Source of the DNA: Tubulanus polymorphus
Taxonomy: Eukaryota; Animalia; Nemertea
NCBI RefSeq assembly: GCF_964204645.1
Contig: NC_134026.1
Coordinates: 5,293,950 to 5,357,949 of the forward strand
Length of the DNA stretch: 64,000 nt
Reading direction: 5' to 3'
Below, piece by piece: positions 1 through 19,880 of this stretch (the stretch's first letter is position 1; every line of letters begins with the position of its first letter). Under the pieces are notes generated by a model. It was not told the origin of the DNA and did no database searches. It saw only the letters and a program-made list of their open reading frames with translations. A program made the position numbers and the translations under genes.

Positions 1-383
1 AGCTGCAGATATTATTCTGACCGGTATGTGCATATTTCGTAAAACAGATTTCATGCTTGAGAAATTGAATTGTTTCAATTCTGTTGGTGAAATTTTTTCT
101 TTCCCCACCCTCAATCTCCGTTCTAAATTTATCGCCTTCTTGAATCGTACCTATCATCGATAGCTGTGTGCAAAAAAACAACGAGACAAATAGAGTGGAA
201 ACAGATTATCTGTAGCTTTGATTTGACTTTGACTGTTTATGATACTGTATGTCATTATCTTAAAAGAACGGTTACAGATAAAGAATCAAGTAGTGTACAG
301 ATATTTAAGTCTACCCGTATGACAATCATTATTACCTTCTTGGTACCAATTGATATATTTTACCGTACCGATATATTTGACAG

Positions 384-3087
384 ATGTGGATGTGTATAAG
401 AAGTTTCTCGACTATGCTTTGACAGTTGAACAGATGAGAGATAATGGTTATCCATTACCCGATCCTAAACAACCCGGTGTAGCCATAATAAAAAAGAAAT
501 ACTCCGCGATCGCCGGGTTGAAAAGTAAGTATTTTCCCGATCTCAACGAGGTGTAGGTGCTGAGGTGTAGGTAGTAATAGATGAAATATAAGAAAGTACA
601 CTTTTATTTAGCACACGAAAAGATCTGCAGCCGTTGTGGAGCTTCATTTATCGTGTATCCAAACGGAGTCTACCAGAATAAAGAAGAATGCATTTATCAT
701 TGGGGAAGAGCTTGGAAAAGCAGAGGTAAGTTTTATGTTATTCAACAAACATCTGTATACTCAACAAGCTGATGATGACATTATACAAAGGTTCAATGTT
801 TCAATAACCCAATGGCTTAAGCCACTCGGCCACCATGACTTTCACCAAGAATCTTAGTGTCTGATGTACCACAGACACTAAGATGCGAACGACATTTTCT
901 CGATACTTTTAGATCACTGCAGCTTTAAACCACCAGAAATCCGATTGTGAAAAATAAACTATCGTTACAAACCTCATACATTCAGTTTTCTTATTATTAT
1001 ATTCATTCGGAGGTTCATTCATCATAGTCTGTGCTTGATGCGATATAAATACAGAAATAGCAAAAATGACACCATTTTTTCACTATGAAACTAGGCATTG
1101 TAACACTGTAGTTCGTTAGCAACAAAGACAACTTGAGCGGTGCGTGTCTCGTCGCTAAACAGCGCATCATTTTTGTATCTTAAATTTAATCGTACTAAAA
1201 TCAGATTTATCGTCAAAATGATATAATGAACAAACGTAAGACATCATAAGGTTAGTGTAGATAGTTTATTCATCAAAATCGGTTGTTTATTTGCTGAGAT
1301 ATCGCAGTTTGAACACGGACAAAAAAGCCGACCAAATTCTGGTCGGCAACTGTACAGCGAATTTGAATGCACGCGTCTCGGTGGTTGGTTACACTAGGAT
1401 CGTAGAGCGACGGAGATCACTGGTGGAGACAACCACTGTCAGTGCTGGGTGAACCATGACTCTGCAATTTTTATGTATTTTCTTTTAGAGTCGGGCTCTT
1501 GGGAAACTCGCTACACTTGTTGTCAATCTGATCTCAGCGTTAAAGGTTGTTCTATATCAAAGGTAACCGGTAACTTATTCGTCTCTTAACTGTTTCTCTA
1601 AATGAAACTACGAACGTCAAACTAATGGTATCTTTTAATTTTTCTTCAGTTACACGTACATGATATGAATAGAACCGAAGATGTTAAAGGATTCATGAGA
1701 ACTATTCCTAGTTCTCCGAGCGAGGACGGAAATTATGGCTTTTATTCGTTAGATTGTGAAATGGTATTTTAATGATCTCTTCATAGATGAATTCGACTAG
1801 ATTTCTGTGCAGAAACTTTCACAGTATTTCACAATATTTTTGTCTCGATTTAGGTTTACACGAGTAAAGGTTCGGAATTGGCCAGAATTACAGTCATTGA
1901 TCGAGAATTGCAAACGGTTTATGATTCGTTGGTTCAACCAGAAAAGCCAGTAGTAGATTACAATACAAGGTATTTATTGAGAAAACAGTGTACTGCTGCC
2001 TGGGGTCAGTCGCTCAAAAGTAGGTTGGACTGATACTACGGTTACAATACAATTTCAATTGTCACTATATCAACTATCCACTGGTTAACTCAACTCAACT
2101 TTTGAGTACCTGGCCCCAGAACATTGCGGTTTTGGAGAACTGATACCAGTTCATTATTTATAGTACTTGAACAAGCAAAATATTCATTTGAATCAGTGTG
2201 GAAAGGTTGCCAGATGTACATTTCGCAATGTCTTCAATTGTTGATGTAATTTTTGAATATCTATAGATTCAGCGGTTTGACCGAAAAAGATCTGATGGAT
2301 GTAACGACCACTTTAAGAGATGTTCAAGCCGTTCTTTTATCGTTGTTCAATACGCAAACGATTCTCATCGGTCACAGTCTTGAGAGTGATCTCATTGCAT
2401 TAAAGGTACGCAGTATGGCGTCTAGATGGCTTCCGTTTGTTTTAGCCATGATTTGAAAAATCATTTCTATGTGAATTAATTAGAAATTCGTGAAAACGAT
2501 TATTCATTTGATATAAACGTATTAATTCATTCATGAGAATTGATTTGAAAAATATTTTTTTATGTGAATCAAATTGAAGTTGAAGTAACTGAGGTATTTT
2601 TCTAGTTGATGCACGCTTGCGTTGTTGACACGTCTGTAGTCTTCCCGCACCGTCTGGGGGCGCCGTATAAACGAGCTCTTCGCACCTTGATGGCTGAAAT
2701 TCTGAATAAAATCATTCAAAACGATGGTGAGGCTCATTTCCTTTTCTCGAAATAAGCATACTGTTGGTGCCACAGTTGCTGTGAAATTTTACAGGAAAAT
2801 GAAAAATATTAAACTGATACATAAAGAGTTTAAATTCATAAGCTCGTTCTCTATTTCCAAAAACGAGTTAGTATTTTCCGTTGAGTTTTCTTTCAGGGTG
2901 CCCTTAAATTATACTATTTTGGCGGAGCACCCCTTCCTGCATCAGACCCTAGATCCGCCCGAGGTGTTGACGAACATTTTTACGTTACGTTTCAGTTGGT
3001 GGTCATAATAGTAACGAAGATGCCGCAGCCTGCATGGAACTGATGCTGTGGAAAATCAAAGACGATATGAAGAAATATAGAAATTAA
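384..3087 (+). CDS. REXO1: RNA exonuclease 1 homolog (DEDDh family), 3' exons; 5' part lies upstream of the window
   Basis: GT-AG exons at ~384-524, 612-725, 1489-1562, 1650-1763, 1854-1969, 2268-2405, 2605-2727, 2996-3087 join in frame. They give [17 protein letters not shown], Exo[20 protein letters not shown], Exo[37 protein letters not shown] and Exo[19 protein letters not shown]; stop TAA at 3085-3087. Confidence 0.92.
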
Positions 3088-6000
3088 AACCTATCAAAGT
3101 TGTGTTCGATGCGATGTGTATCATCAATGCAGTAACTGAAGTGTGCTAAAGTTGCGTACAAGATCGTATAGGAACTAAATCCGAACAGAGTTGTGTTTCT
3201 AAGCATTAAAAGAAATGGATAATGTTAATGAATGAGAGTGATGAAAAATGTTCATATGCAATCAGAATGATGGAATATAATATATGTTTGGTGCTGTAAT
3301 GTATTGTAGAATTATTCTAACCACTGTTTACCAGTATTCGTTCACATGATTTAGTTGGTAGAATGTAAGATTGATAATATCGTGTGCTGTGGGTCGAGTT
3401 GGTTGTAGACAGTAATTGAATTAAATCTCCGGGACCAGTTGCGCAACGAGTTATGACTTAGATATAGAAATTGGCTAAATTCTGACGGTCAATTGATTGA
3501 TTATACAGTAGACTCAGTTGCGCTGGGACTGGCAAAATGTTAACGGTATAGACAAATAGCGGTATTGATTTTCGAATTTTTTCACGTTTACACTCGGGAC
3601 AGAAATCATTTCATCATCCTACCGGTTTGAACGGATTACCGAATAGACCGAGAATAGAGTCTACTGTATAACAAAAATCAGCTTAACCTGGTTCATAGTC
3701 TAAACTGGCTGTGGACCCATTTATATAAGGCTTGGTGTACATTCTGAGCCATCGCTGCATTTTTCATATATTTTCAGGGGGCCTTATAAAAGAAATCAAT
3801 GTCATGAATGTTTATTGATCCTCGTGAGAAGAGGTATTTAAGATTGTGTTTTTGTATGAATCTGGAATTAATTTTGCGCGATGAATAAAGGAAGTTTGCA
3901 TTTATATTAATAACACGAATCATGTTCAACTAACAGATGTAATGTATTGTGTAGTACAGTCGTTTCTTTATACAGAGACAGTGCCACGTATTCTTCGAAA
4001 ATGAACTATCGTAATTTTCATTCGGAGTCTACTCTTAGTGGAACTGGGCCCTGGTTTATTCGTGTGAGTGATAAGTTTATTCTTGTCACTAATCAAAGAT
4101 TACTTTTTATAAGTTAATGGTTTTCAACACGGATTAAGTCAAATTCATTTCATGATTTTTACGGTGTATGATTTATTTCTGCTTATCACTGTAGAATGCC
4201 CCAGACGTTGAGATTAGAATTATTGCTTCACTTATAACATATCCAAATTGGGACTAAAATAAATTGTTCCCAGAATATCTTACTTGACTTAAACCAATCA
4301 CTAAATCTATTTATTAACGCGACATCGCATGGAGTCATAACCTGGTTAAAGTTTGTACTTTATGCTTTAGTAAATGTCTAGTCTAGGGCGTCATCCGCTA
4401 ACCCTGCATTTATGCGATGCTGTATTCGTTTTCTGCTAAGTTAAGTTTATGTTTGTTTGTACCGCTGTGAGGACATGGAGTAATGTGATAAACACTATAA
4501 ACACTAAATAAAGTGTTATAGCAATAACATTCAACGTTTTTTATTTCCTTGATTTAAAGAAAATATGTATCGATATCTCGATAGTCGGCGATCGATAATC
4601 AACAAACGGAAGACCTTCAACGAATATTATCGAGCAAAAGGCTTGATCGGTGTCGGAAAAATTATTTATCTTTTTTGGAGCAATAAACTAAACTTGAAAC
4701 TTGAACTTGTGAAGAGCTCGGCGTAGTAGAATGAGCACGGTTTTTCTGAAAATTGATTATGGGTTCTTTTCAAAATCCTAATATGCTTGGAATGGAAGAG
4801 ATATTTCCCACGCTCGGAAAATGGCCGTGGCAGTGTTAATCCATTGGCCTATCTGACTTGAAATGCACATATTGTTCCGAGGGCGCTTCAAAATCGGTAT
4901 GCATTTATAGTTACTTGTACTAGGGAAAAAATTATATTTCATTGAAGGGCCAGCCCTAGTTCCATTTGGTTCCATTCAGTTGTCAAACCCGAGGACATCC
5001 TCCATCATAGTGCGTCGGTACTAGCTGACCTGTTGATTCGAATCACTGGCTGTAGATGTATGCCCTTTTGCCTCTGTGTATTTCTGAAACTCGAACAATG
5101 CCAAGTGCACCTGAAGGTTTGATAGGTTGAACCCCTGGGTTGCTTGGGGTCGGTAATTCGAAGAATCCTCATAAACTCAACAAATCAAAACAATGACCAA
5201 AGTACAAGTATAATCCACAGGTCATTTTCAACTTCAAAACTGGTTTGGCAAAGGGCCTGGTGGCAAGGTGATACACGAATTATTTTATATTGTCAACTCG
5301 ACCTTTGATATTTCGGAATGACGCACGTAGCAATATAATTATACATTATTATAATTTCAAAGAAAGCGGTCCAAGTCTAAAACGTGCCGAAATGAATCCA
5401 CAACAGACTCATGGTCAGGAGATTTTAGTAAACATGGCCCAGTTTCACAGGGGGACATCGCATAATCCGCACGCTCAGTCGCCAAACCTACACAAGTGCG
5501 TCGCCAGGGGGTCCCCAAAACTAAGTTCCCCTCATGGTCATTACATTTTCTGATCGAGAAGTAGTTGAATGTATTAAGTCTTTAAATCGCTCCAAATGCT
5601 TAAAAACACTTAACAATTCAAAATGTTCGAAATTCCTAATCTCCCTCTGTCGATCCACTCGTACCCGCCTGTGTTCCGGTATAATAACCGATAACGACCT
5701 CCCTCGAATTTCCTGACGATGCCCATGCTAGCTACATGGACTCGTTGATGGACTGGCTAGTGACTTCCAATGGGATCATCCACGGCAGAGGAAGCGTGTG
5801 AATATTACTTCCCAAAATAAATAATGAAGAAAAAATCTGCAATTGGTTTATCTAAAAAACATATATCTGTACATGTTTGTGTATATTACAATCTATTGAC
5901 GTGTCACTGATATTAAGTAGTATCAGTTTGGCTGTATAAATAGACAATCTAATATCAAAAGATTATACATCTTTTTGTCGTATATTCCGGTACTGTCTAG

Positions 6001-6140
6001 AAATATCTAAGAAACACACTCGAAACTTAAGAAATTTGCAACTGAACGGCCGGATACCATTCACAGCGCCCGGCCTCTTAGTTCATTCACGTGGTGGGAA
6101 TGATCCTGCTACTTTGTAATCGCTATAGGTGCGGATGATT

Positions 6141-7821
6141 TCAATATTCCACTGGGTCCCTCAAAACCCCTTGGATTTCGTATATATGATCATCGCAATT
6201 GCCCCACCAAGATCTCTTTTTGCAAATCTTCTTCGGCTCGAAAGTGAAACACTGTGTCTGGTAGATGTTAAAGAATATGTTTCCAACCATATGACCGACT
6301 TCGGTGTCGACGTCTTTCAAACAAGATCGAAAACTGAAAGAAAAATTGAAACAGTTTCAACTTCCGAGATTTAACTGTGAATGGACTTTGCACGATTTTC
6401 ATTAAAAACATGAACCATGGACACAAAAAGACTACATAAAAGGTTCAAAGGTTTGCGATTATGGTGGAGTCCACTCAACGCGTATCTCAATTATTCTATA
6501 ATGATATTAAGTGTATATAGTTTGTTTTCCAAAATTATCCACAATCACTTATGTTACACTCTTTGTACGAAATTGTTTTGGTGGAAAATTGAAATCTTTC
6601 ATATAATACATAGGGTCTTTTAGATTCGAGTTGAGCTCTGGATCTGTTCTCGGGCAAATCTCGGTTTAAGCAGGAAACTTTTCTATTGTGAAAACCCGTA
6701 TATGAAAACCCGCATTCCCTTGTTTAATTCATTTATCTTTCCCATCGAATTCTCCTGACACATCTCGTCTAGAGTTCTCGTCGACCCTTGCTAATTTCTT
6801 TGCTACACTTACCCTGTGACCCTGAACGGCATTCGGACAATTTTTGTGTGCGTGCGAACTTTTTTCAAACGCCCGTTTTGTTTGTTTAATTTCGCTAGCC
6901 AAACGGGCGAGCGGGGAAATCGAGATTTATGGACCCATTCCAGTTTAACTAGCTTTAGAAAAATCACGTTTTAATGAAACCGGCCCAAAAGCAAAATAGG
7001 TACGGAGGATATCAAGCGTTATAGAAATATTGTTGAATAATTACTTACTCGAAATCACATTCGCAATGACTGAGGGTTCCAAATCTGATGTTTGGTATAC
7101 CGAATTTCGTTTCAAAACTTGTGATCGTGTACGGGCAATGGTCGTGTGCTCTGCAGCATCTATCGGTGTCTAGATTTACACCCAAATGAGTGTAATTCTT
7201 TGCCCTGTTTCCTCGTCCGCACCAGTTCGTTCCCGGGTACATCAACGCATCGGGCGATCGTTTACTTCTCCTGCGACCACCTCCGTTGGTTTTTCGCTTG
7301 GCGTGTGACTCGAGTTTCTCATGAAATCGAAAACACCGTCGATATTGAACTTCAAAGTTTGCCAGCTCGTCGACAAACCCTGGGATGTTTTTCTTGTGTA
7401 TAACCGTCGGGCGCTTCGTATTGGACAGTTCCTGCACAGCCATTTCAAATTCGTTTGTAAATTTACTGGTGGATTCTGAACTGGTCTGGACATCGCAGTC
7501 GGCTAAAGTTCCTGTGCCATCGATGATAGAAATGACCACTGATTTTCCATTAGAGACTGTCCTCGCTATGACAGTCCAGTGAACATTTTCGTGGGTCGTG
7601 CGGCGCTCCTTCGCCAAAATCCCACCAAGCGCTACCCACGTCAGACGTTCCCCATCGCGTAGATCTTTTGAGATGTAATAATCAGCTGTAGAAATATGAC
7701 GACCGCGGTGATGTTTTTTTGTGTGATGGTGTTCCTTCCCTCTTCTTGTACCACCAACTACAGCCTGGACCAGTACCAGAGTGCCAAAAACCAGCAGAGC
7801 CAATCTCACTCCGAGCTTCAT
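6141..7821 (-). CDS. Secreted group III (bee-venom-type) phospholipase A2 with signal peptide and long pro-region
   Basis: Exon 1 7821-7049: signal MKLGVRLALLVFGTLVLVQAVVG, basic RRRSKR, then MYPGTNWCGRGN (Ca loop), DRCCRAHDHC (His-Asp), HCECDF. Donor GTAAGT. Exon 2 6333-6141: DFRSCLKDVDTEVGHMVGNIFFNIYQTQCFTFEPKKICKKRSWWGNC...PVEY*. Confidence 0.9.
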
Positions 7822-10800
7822 CGCACACGCCGTAAAAGTGCACTACTATCGAAGAAATGTTGCCAACGATAACAATGCGGTTGTGTCTCCGGGCGATAAA
7901 TTGCTATCCTACCGGGAATTTGCGGTCGAAAATATTTTACAATAAGGATGCTCGCTCGGTGAAAATACTGGAGAACAGGCGTATTCAAAAGCTACATAAG
8001 TTCATGAGAGACAACTCGCGCGCCTTTTGAGCCAACAAGACAAACTTTACAAGTCTTATAAAGAAATATTCGACCTAATAAATGGCGTATTATTTCACCG
8101 TCATTGGTTTCCTGGTCGTGTGAAGAATTCTTACGTATGTCATTCGAGACATGTGACCAGCCAAACTGATGGGAAAAGTGCCAAGATTTATGAATGAAAC
8201 GAGTCTATATCGGGCACGAATTTATTATAAAGAGAAATAAAAAAAAATGCTATAGATCGCATCTCCATGAAAAAATGTATCAACTCCAAACGCGTGGCGC
8301 TGGTTAGGTCAATTTTCTTTCGAACTATATATAAGCCTTAAACAATTGTTTTGCTGAAAAGGCGTTGAAAGTACTGCTATTAAATAGAATGCGAATTTTT
8401 TTCATTTTTCCAGCCTCTCGACTTTTTTTCTCGTGCAACGCATCAAACATGCAACAATTTTACAGCATTTACAAGTTTTATAACTCTCAATTTCGTAAAC
8501 TATTTACATATTAACAGTGGACTTGGCCACCATCGGACCAATGATCGAAAAAGGGAGCGACGCGCTTTGTAAATCGACACGTCACAGTATTATAAACCAG
8601 ACGAATTTTATGCTTTTCGTCTGCAGAAGAATTTGGCCCCTTAGGCTACGACCTTTTACGACTAGACTTATACGATCTTTAATGATATGTTTAGCGAGGA
8701 ATTCAATATATATATTTCATAAAAGCGTAGCTAGCTTGTAATTTGTTCTTGAATTAATATTTGACCCTACTCAACTGTGCCTCTGGCTCTCATATTGGCT
8801 CTTATGTTCTTGTTCAGTCTTCGGGATATGGACGGATCCAGGGGGACTATAATAGGCCAACAAGTCCGTCAAACTTTTTTGAAGCCTTTTTTTGTCAAAA
8901 AAAGATAATTGGTGCATTTCAGTGCGATACTGTCTTTCTTGACATCAAAGTACTCTTTCGAGATGTGACAAGATATTCAAATTGGCCTCTAGACCCGGTT
9001 ACCGATTTCAATAAAAGAGATCTAGATCTGGTCCAATCTTATTGAGACTTGCGCGGTATTCGGGGTATCGATATACCCTCGCATCGATGTTATTCGGTAA
9101 TGTCGGACGGTATACTTTTAAAAGGATACTTATCAGTAATACCAAGTCCTCCGAACAAAAGATCTCTGTAAAATTTTTGTAACTGACAGGCTTAATTTTT
9201 CGCTGCTTAGATCCTCGGACACAGTTATGAAAAACATTGCGCACGAAAAATAACTAATACAATCGATGTAAATTAATTCAAATTAATTTATTCGAGAATC
9301 ATGTTTAGCATTTAACAAAAATCACATACTCGCTAAGCTTTTAAATGTATATACTAAAGTTTCAAACAAATCACAAAGAATCGCATCGATCAGTCATTAT
9401 TCACCCACTTTGTATGATGTAAAGTAACAGGGTTCATACGAACTAAATCGATTATAGCATCATAGAGATACGTATATAATAACTCTATGGTTAAATTACT
9501 ACTTCGACCTTGGGGTAGCTCAACTACATTATTCTCCCAAGCTCTGATAAAAAATATACAGAAAACAGCTCTCACTCCAGGTTTCTACATTAAGCAAACA
9601 ATTTTACATGACGATTTTCTAAATTCAATTCAATAGGTTAACCTTCGTGGGTCATCTATTCGATACATATAGGTCTGGAACATTTCAAATTTTTCGTATC
9701 TATATAATGCTTGAAAGTTCGATGCATACGTCAGAATTCAATGCGTTAAGTGGAATGAGGCATCATTCGATCATATGAAGAAATGTTGCGTGTTTACTAA
9801 AATGAATGACCCCCTGAGAAAAAGCCAAACAATAAAAAAATTTGACTACTGATTTCTGATGTCATAAATTCAATAACACAATTCACAGACTTTCTTTTGA
9901 TAATTGGGTTTGACTGCTAGCAGTGCCAGACAATTTGACCACAATTCAAACAAGACACCCGAACCGCATTTGGTATATTTTTTCAATACAAAAACATCTT
10001 TTGAGTACATACACTGCAATGACTGATTTGATTTTTTTTTCTAACCATTGCAAGCACACTATAGATGTCTATTCAACAACTCGCGAATATACAGGTATTA
10101 GAACTCATTCAAACGCTAGTTTTCAAGAAATATGAATGGGTTTGTAATATTGTCATGAATGGATATAGCGAGGTAGCCAAACCTGAGACAACTTCTTTCT
10201 CTCTCCTTCACTGAGATTAATGGGTCAAGAGTTTTAACATAAATAGCATATTTTAGAAGGGTGCTTATTCTGTCCTATAGAGTTTTTATGGTTACCCGCG
10301 AATACAATGTCGTTTCATATGAAACGTTGCGGCGCCTAAAATTTACATCCCAAAAATATTCGCCGAAAATTGTTACGAGGTTCAAGTGCAGGTAATTGCG
10401 GTTGGCCACATACTGTGTTAGGTGTATAATTATCCCACCGAGGAAGTTTTGAGAACCAGTTTTACAACACGGTTCTGTTGTTCGAAATAATACCTTAAAA
10501 AGGGGTGCGAATATATAGCAAAATACCTTACGGGTATAAACCACCCAGGTTTCTAAATCGAATCCTTGAAGCAAGTCTGCGCGTCAAATAATTTTTCACA
10601 AGTGATTATTTCGCGCCTTTTTACGGAGCAGAACCCAGGATTCGAGCCAAGCCAACCAGCGAGTTCACCATCTAGTAACAAGACAATCCAATAGATGGCG
10701 AATATGTGCATACTGCATGTCAATAATATTAATAACAGAAATCCTTGAATTAACATCATAAACGGAGACACACTCAATATTCAATGTCCATTTACATACA

Positions 10801-11982
10801 CACATATCTATACATATACATATGTTTTGGTGCAATGTGCTCTAAAACAAAATCCCCAAACTGTGCGTCCGTATCCTCAGAATTCACAATATATTGGTGT
10901 CAGAAGTCAAACGAAATAACGTTAAATATCATTTCAATCATAGTGGTATCCGCAACACATTAAATCTGAAAGTCGGACCTAAAAAAATATCCAAACTTTG
11001 TGTAAACGTTTTACGAACAACTCCCACATTAAGTAATTACGCAGCAGAGTCTGTCTTGCAGTTTCATCTCACCAAAGCCAAATGTAATAACTTATAATTA
11101 TCTATGTACACATGCATTGAATGATTGTGTGGAACGAGTTACTGTACATTCATTGATTGTACAAGTGAAAAATATAAAGAACTTTGTTTTTTGTCCATAT
11201 AACATCAAAAATTCCAGAGCGCTACATACATTTATACATGTAAGCATACGGTGGAGAATACAAAATTACACGCGGATAACACAGCAAAACCAGCTTAACC
11301 CGAATCATTAGGGATCTTTTAAATAGATCCAGTTCATTTCGGGTTAATAATCCTATTATACATATCGCTTCATTAAACGTACGAGTGAACTGTAAATACC
11401 GCAATGTCCATATTCATGTATCGGAATCAGGATCAAGCGGGTTTTAACAGTAGTCGACCGTACATCGAACCTGAACATTGGATTCATTTTAGCACATCAG
11501 ATTTTCTAAGGCCTGCATTCTAATATTTTACTGACACAGGATTACCACTGGCAGTAGCTTTGCCATGCACTACAGCACTAACACTAAGAGTTTCGCGCCG
11601 GTTTTCAATCAGCTGTTTCCAAATTTTGTTGTTAACAAAGCCTACAATACGACAGCTCTCTCTCTCAAGAGTCTTAATCAATCATATATATATATCGATA
11701 ATGTCTAATAACACTCTCACACATCATACTCTGATTCACAGCCATATCATACATATATAATACATACGCGGTCATGTATATTTTGTTCGCGCAAACAAAA
11801 ATATCGTCATCAAAACAGTTTGCATCCAATACAAGCTTCTTCTTCAAGTTTATCTATCGAACTATACGGTTAAAGCATGGTATAAATATACACGTGTATG
11901 CTTGGACAATGTGGAAATGCATTGTATCAGTTCGCGATCATGTTTTCTAATTATTCGTATAATTAATTGTCTCTCGTGCGCA

Positions 11983-18591
<6,609 letters not shown>

Positions 18592-19880
18592 TTTTTTCAA
18601 TCAATTGGCTGAAAACACATGATTTCAGATAGAGAATTTCTATTGACGATGCAAACAAACCAATTCATTATTTATGCACGCATTCAAAAGATCATCAACA
18701 AATGGAATTTCTTATCAATTCCAACTTCCATCGAAATATTGGCTATTGAACAAGTAGATTTTAGATTCTGCGAGGGGTTCAAATCTAATGATTCTCCTAT
18801 TCGCATGCTGCACACAGCAAGTGGGGTTACTTCAGCACTCAGATTTTCTGTAGTATAGATAAATTTTATAAAACAAAGATAAATACAAGTATATACAAAT
18901 AATTACATGCTAAGGTCCAAAGAACATTATAAGGAATTACTATAAAAATAACAGTGACATTTGACAGTGATCAAAAATGGTGGTGCGAGATAAGTTCAAT
19001 CTGCAAACCACTCGACCTGGTCCTGGTCTGAATAATATAGCGCAGACGCAGTGGTTGGTTGAACCCGATCCCGACCCGATTATGGTTTAATTCTTAAGTG
19101 ATTTTAGTTCCCACAACAAATCTTTGGAGTATGAAACAGATCCGCTTTCAAACGATACACGACATCATTTTTTAAACAAATCGTCAGTGTAAAAGGCCTA
19201 AATCAATAATTTTCATTGAATTGTATTGGAATATTTTGAAGTGCTATTATTTACTTTAAAGTCCTATTTCGATGAGACTCTCGGTCACTCGTGATGACAT
19301 GGACGGTAAACTCGCCGTATCGACGCAGATCGTTAGTTTAAATGCCGGTGACGACCGAGAATACGGAATCTTTTCGAAGCGGAAAAAATAAATACGGAAT
19401 TTTTTTTGAAGTCCGCAAAGTCCGTAATTCACTAAAATCCGGATGGGGCATCACAGAATGGAGATACATCGATTGATCTCTTTGCTTATACGTTATTCGA
19501 GATTTTCACGATAATTCTAGTTAATTTATTTCAATTCTATATCTCTTTATTTGTCTCATGGTTCTAGATCAACGCAAACAAATAGATCAGAGGTTGGGAA
19601 TAAACTTCGATTGAATTTAATGTAATTATACTGTCATGGCGACCAGAGATGTATCTTTTAACAAAATTTGACACTGAAATTATCTTTAAAAGCGTTCTCC
19701 GTTTCTGAATTGGATTGTCTTTTGTCTGCAACAATGCCAATCTATCGGAGATTACTCATAAATGAGTGATTGATATTTGAACTTTAAGTAAAGTGTCATT
19801 TTCAGTGTTGTTTTGGTACTAATTTTTTGCTTTCCGTTTCGGATTGGGTTCGAATCCCAATATTATCTGCTAGCTAAACG

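Noticed and set aside
4680-5760. Possible decayed coding or retroelement fragment between REXO1 and PLA2
   Set aside because: Short ORFs broken by stops with no recognisable motif; only a LINE-like AATAAA-(ACTTGA)n tail at ~4682-4708.
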